This document shows, piece after piece, positions 36,132-39,166 of a stretch of 39,166 nucleotides of DNA. Made by a program: the position numbers and the translations under genes. The notes under the pieces are model-generated. The model was given only the letters and a program-made list of their open reading frames with translations, did no database searches and was not told the origin of the DNA. The stretch comes from Octopus bimaculoides (Eukaryota): assembly GCF_001194135.2 (NCBI RefSeq), contig NC_068982.1:142770726-142809891 (forward strand), read 5' to 3'. Numbering within the stretch: position 1 is the first letter of the stretch; every line of letters begins with the position of its first letter.

Positions 36132-36323
36132 TTATATTAAGGGCTTTACTATACATATATGCCTCAAGCTAGGAGGGACTCTTAAAGTTAAAACTACCAT
36201 AATAAACACATTGTACCGAACGCATCACCTCACGTTCAGTACAATGTGTTTATTATGGTAGTTTTAACTTTAAGAGTCCCTCCTAGCGTGAGGCATTTAT
36301 GTATAGTAAAGCCCTTAATATAA
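36132..36323. mobile_element. Foldback (palindromic) element, 91-bp arms and 10-nt loop; probable MITE
   Basis: 36132-36222 is the reverse complement of 36233-36323 with 3 mismatches; the loop is catcacctca. The inner ends read TTAA|GGGC...GCCC|TTAA. Confidence 0.75.
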
Positions 36324-37285
36324 CATATATATATATATATATACATAACTTCTTGCGTCCTAACAAAATCTCGTGACTAAATAGGCCGTATAGTTATGTC
36401 TCCTCTTCAGTTATGTTTAGCAAGTGGCATGTCTGAGTGCTATTGCGTGATGTGCACACGCCATCTTCTACCACTAAGGAGACTGGGAAAATCTGTCGGT
36501 CGTCGATCATATTCGAAAACATGCCACCTACCGTCTTACAAATTAGTAATGGTAGATGAAAACTGCAATTTATTTCTTTGTCATTTAGGATTATTTTAGC
36601 AGAAATTCCAAGTGAAATAGTGTTTCTCAGCAGAGAACTGAACTTGATGATGGTTAAATCACACATGATCTTACCAGAAATATTGGAGCGCATATTGCAT
36701 TGATAATCATTTAAAATAAATATCATTAGTTTCTTTTGACGAAAATTAACTGGAAATGAGTTTCAGAACAAATAACTCTTGTTAAAAACAACTTAATATT
36801 AGTGAAATTGAAAGAAGACTATAAACAAACACGAAAAAGAAAGAAAAAAAGAAACATTCCAAAAATATGTGTAAAGTAAAATTGAGATATAAGTAATAAG
36901 TAAACATAAACAGAATAGAAATGAAAAACAAACAGCAATAAGAATAATAACAACAACAATATAGGTAAATACGTGACACTATACTTATATCTGATTGCTT
37001 TATTTCAAGATAGATTTCTCCATTTATTTTTTAAATTTTTTATTTATTTTTTGGTTCTTCAATTTACAAGGTGAGTTTGGAGGCAACTAAAAACACACTA
37101 ACATAAATATTACTTCAGCGACTTTAAAATTTCCATGATAAACATATATAATACTTATTCTTTAGATGAAAAATAGAAAAAAAAACATAAAAAATACAGA
37201 CATATCAAATACAACAAAATTTACGTATAATTTTTTTTTTCATTATGGTACGTATTAATATACATAGAATACATACATATGTGTA

Positions 37286-37338
<53 letters not shown>

Positions 37339-37709
37339 GCATGTGTGTGTGTATTTGTGTGTACGTGTGTTTATGTATGAGTGTATTTATATAGATGTAA
37401 ATAAATGTATACAGCGTTTTACTTCTTTTTTTATCTTCATCTCAAAACGACAATATTAAAATATTTTGGAGCAGTCATGGTCACAGAGTTATATAAGAAA
37501 GTAATTAGTTTCCGGAGTAGACTTAGCAATTATGGCCGTGTTGTTAGGTCACACTAATGTTTTATTTTGAAACCTCATATACCATTGAAGCGTCTCTTGA
37601 AATTAAATGGTGCAAAAACTAATAAACAGCTAATAAAATAAAGATAATATAAGTACACATATACCTACAGATATTTGCATATATATGTGTGTATGTATAT
37701 ATATGTGTA

Positions 37710-38477
37710 TATATATATATATATGTATATATTGCTGGAGAGAGAGAGAGAGAAGGAAAGAGAGAGAAAGGGAGAGAAAGATATAGATTCACACATACTT
37801 ACACAGAGGGAGAGAACGTGAAAGAGAGCGAAAGATATTGTAATATGCAAAGATAGGGAAAGTAGAGACTGAGGGTGAAGTGCTATTTCATAGATGTATC
37901 GCAACTATCGCTTTATTTTAGATATAAATATTTTAATATACAATTTGTTTGAATAATATATTTCGTCGGTTGCTGCTGTNNNNNNNNNNNNNNNNNNNNN
38001 NNNNNNNNNNNNNNNNNNNNNNNNNNNNNNNNNNNNNNNNNNNNNNNNNNNNNNNNNNNNNNNNNNNNNNNNNNNNNNNNNNNNNNNNNNNNNNNNNNNN
38101 NNNNNNNNNNNNNNNNNNNNNNNNNNNNNNNNNNNNNNNNNNNNNNNNNNNNNNNNNNNNNNNNNNNNNNNNNNNNNNNNNNNNNNNNNNNNNNNNNNNN
38201 NNNNNNNNNNNNNNNNNNNNNNNNNNNNNNNNNNNNNNNNNNNNNNNNNNNNNNNNNNNNNNNNNNNNNNNNNNNNNNNNNNTATATATATATATATATA
38301 TATACGTATATATTTATATGTGTAAATTTAGGAAAAGAAACGGTAGGAATTGAAAACAAACTGAACAGGAATCATACATATGGGTGTGTGTGTGTGTGTG
38401 TGTGTGTGTCTGTGCGTTTGTGTGTGTGTGTATACATACATATATGTATATATGACTGTATGTGTGTCTCGCTCTCT

Positions 38478-38523
<46 letters not shown>

Positions 38524-38770
38524 TGCTGGAGAGAGAGAGAGAGAAGGAAAGAGAGAGAAAGGGAGAGAAAGATATAGATTCACACATACTTACACAGAGG
38601 GAGAGAACGTGAAAGAGAGCGAAAGATATTGTAATATGCAAAGATAGGGAAAGTAGAGACTGAGGGTGAAGTGCTATTTCATAGATGTATCGCAACTATC
38701 GCTTTATTTTAGATATAAATATTTTAATATACAATTTGTTTGAATAATATATTTCGTCGGTTGCTGCTGT
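37710..38770 (+). repeat. About 270-bp direct duplication across a gap (37710-37979 = 38501-38770)
   Basis: Apparently identical sequence from attgctggagagag.. to ..ggttgctgctgt at offset 791. The first copy ends at the N run. Confidence 0.9.
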
Positions 38771-39119
38771 TGCTGCTGCTGCCGCTTCATCACCGGCGAC
38801 TACTATGCTATTAACGTTACTACTACAACAACTACGGATAGGCATGATATCCAAAATAATGAAAAATTGTCATTACTTAATAATTTCTCTCCTTCAGAAT
38901 TTGTGATTTTTTCTTTTTTTAGTCATTAAGGAGAATAATATTTTAGAGAAGCAAAATAAAAGAAATATCAAGAATGTAGCCATTACACTTTCCCTTTATA
39001 GTGCATCAAGTATCTGTTATAGAATCATTATAAATCTCACAAAGGCGCCTATATACTTCATATAAATCTCCCTCTCTCTCTCAGCCTACCTCTCTGTCTG
39101 TCTCTCTCTCTCTCTCTCT

Positions 39120-39166
<47 letters not shown>

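Noticed and set aside
36394-36726. 110-aa minus-strand ORF
   Set aside because: It overlaps a degenerate family C-like sequence (ccacctaccgtctta), has no recognisable domain and no splice support.
1-39166. Most six-frame ORFs (poly-YI, poly-HT, poly-VC, poly-L/N, X-runs, antisense-SINE ORFs)
   Set aside because: They are translations of microsatellites, N-gaps or SINEs with no protein-like composition.

Overview
AT-rich eukaryotic intergenic or intronic DNA from a gapped draft assembly: 8 N-gaps, nearly all beside dinucleotide microsatellites. The SINE repertoire looks like an octopus (Octopus-type) genome; this is inferred from recalled repeat families, not from a database search. No intact host gene, RNA gene or CRISPR array is supported. 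Most listed ORFs are microsatellite, gap or antisense-SINE artefacts. The window is mostly mobile-element debris: a tRNA-headed SINE with 11 plus-strand copies, mostly in head-to-tail arrays and with three alternative 3' tails; CORE-type SINEs with internal microsatellites; a third degenerate dispersed repeat; Penelope-like GIY-YIG and pLTR pieces with minimal hammerhead-ribozyme-like motifs; an internally deleted Tc1/mariner; a Tigger-like MITE; and R4/Dong-like, CR1-like and Helentron-like fragments. The most notable items are two covarying non-canonical hammerhead-like motifs, a 192-bp near-perfect foldback, the self-stacking SINE arrays, and a duplicated tRNA-Asp-derived head fused to a SINE tail. 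Boundaries of degenerate repeats are approximate.
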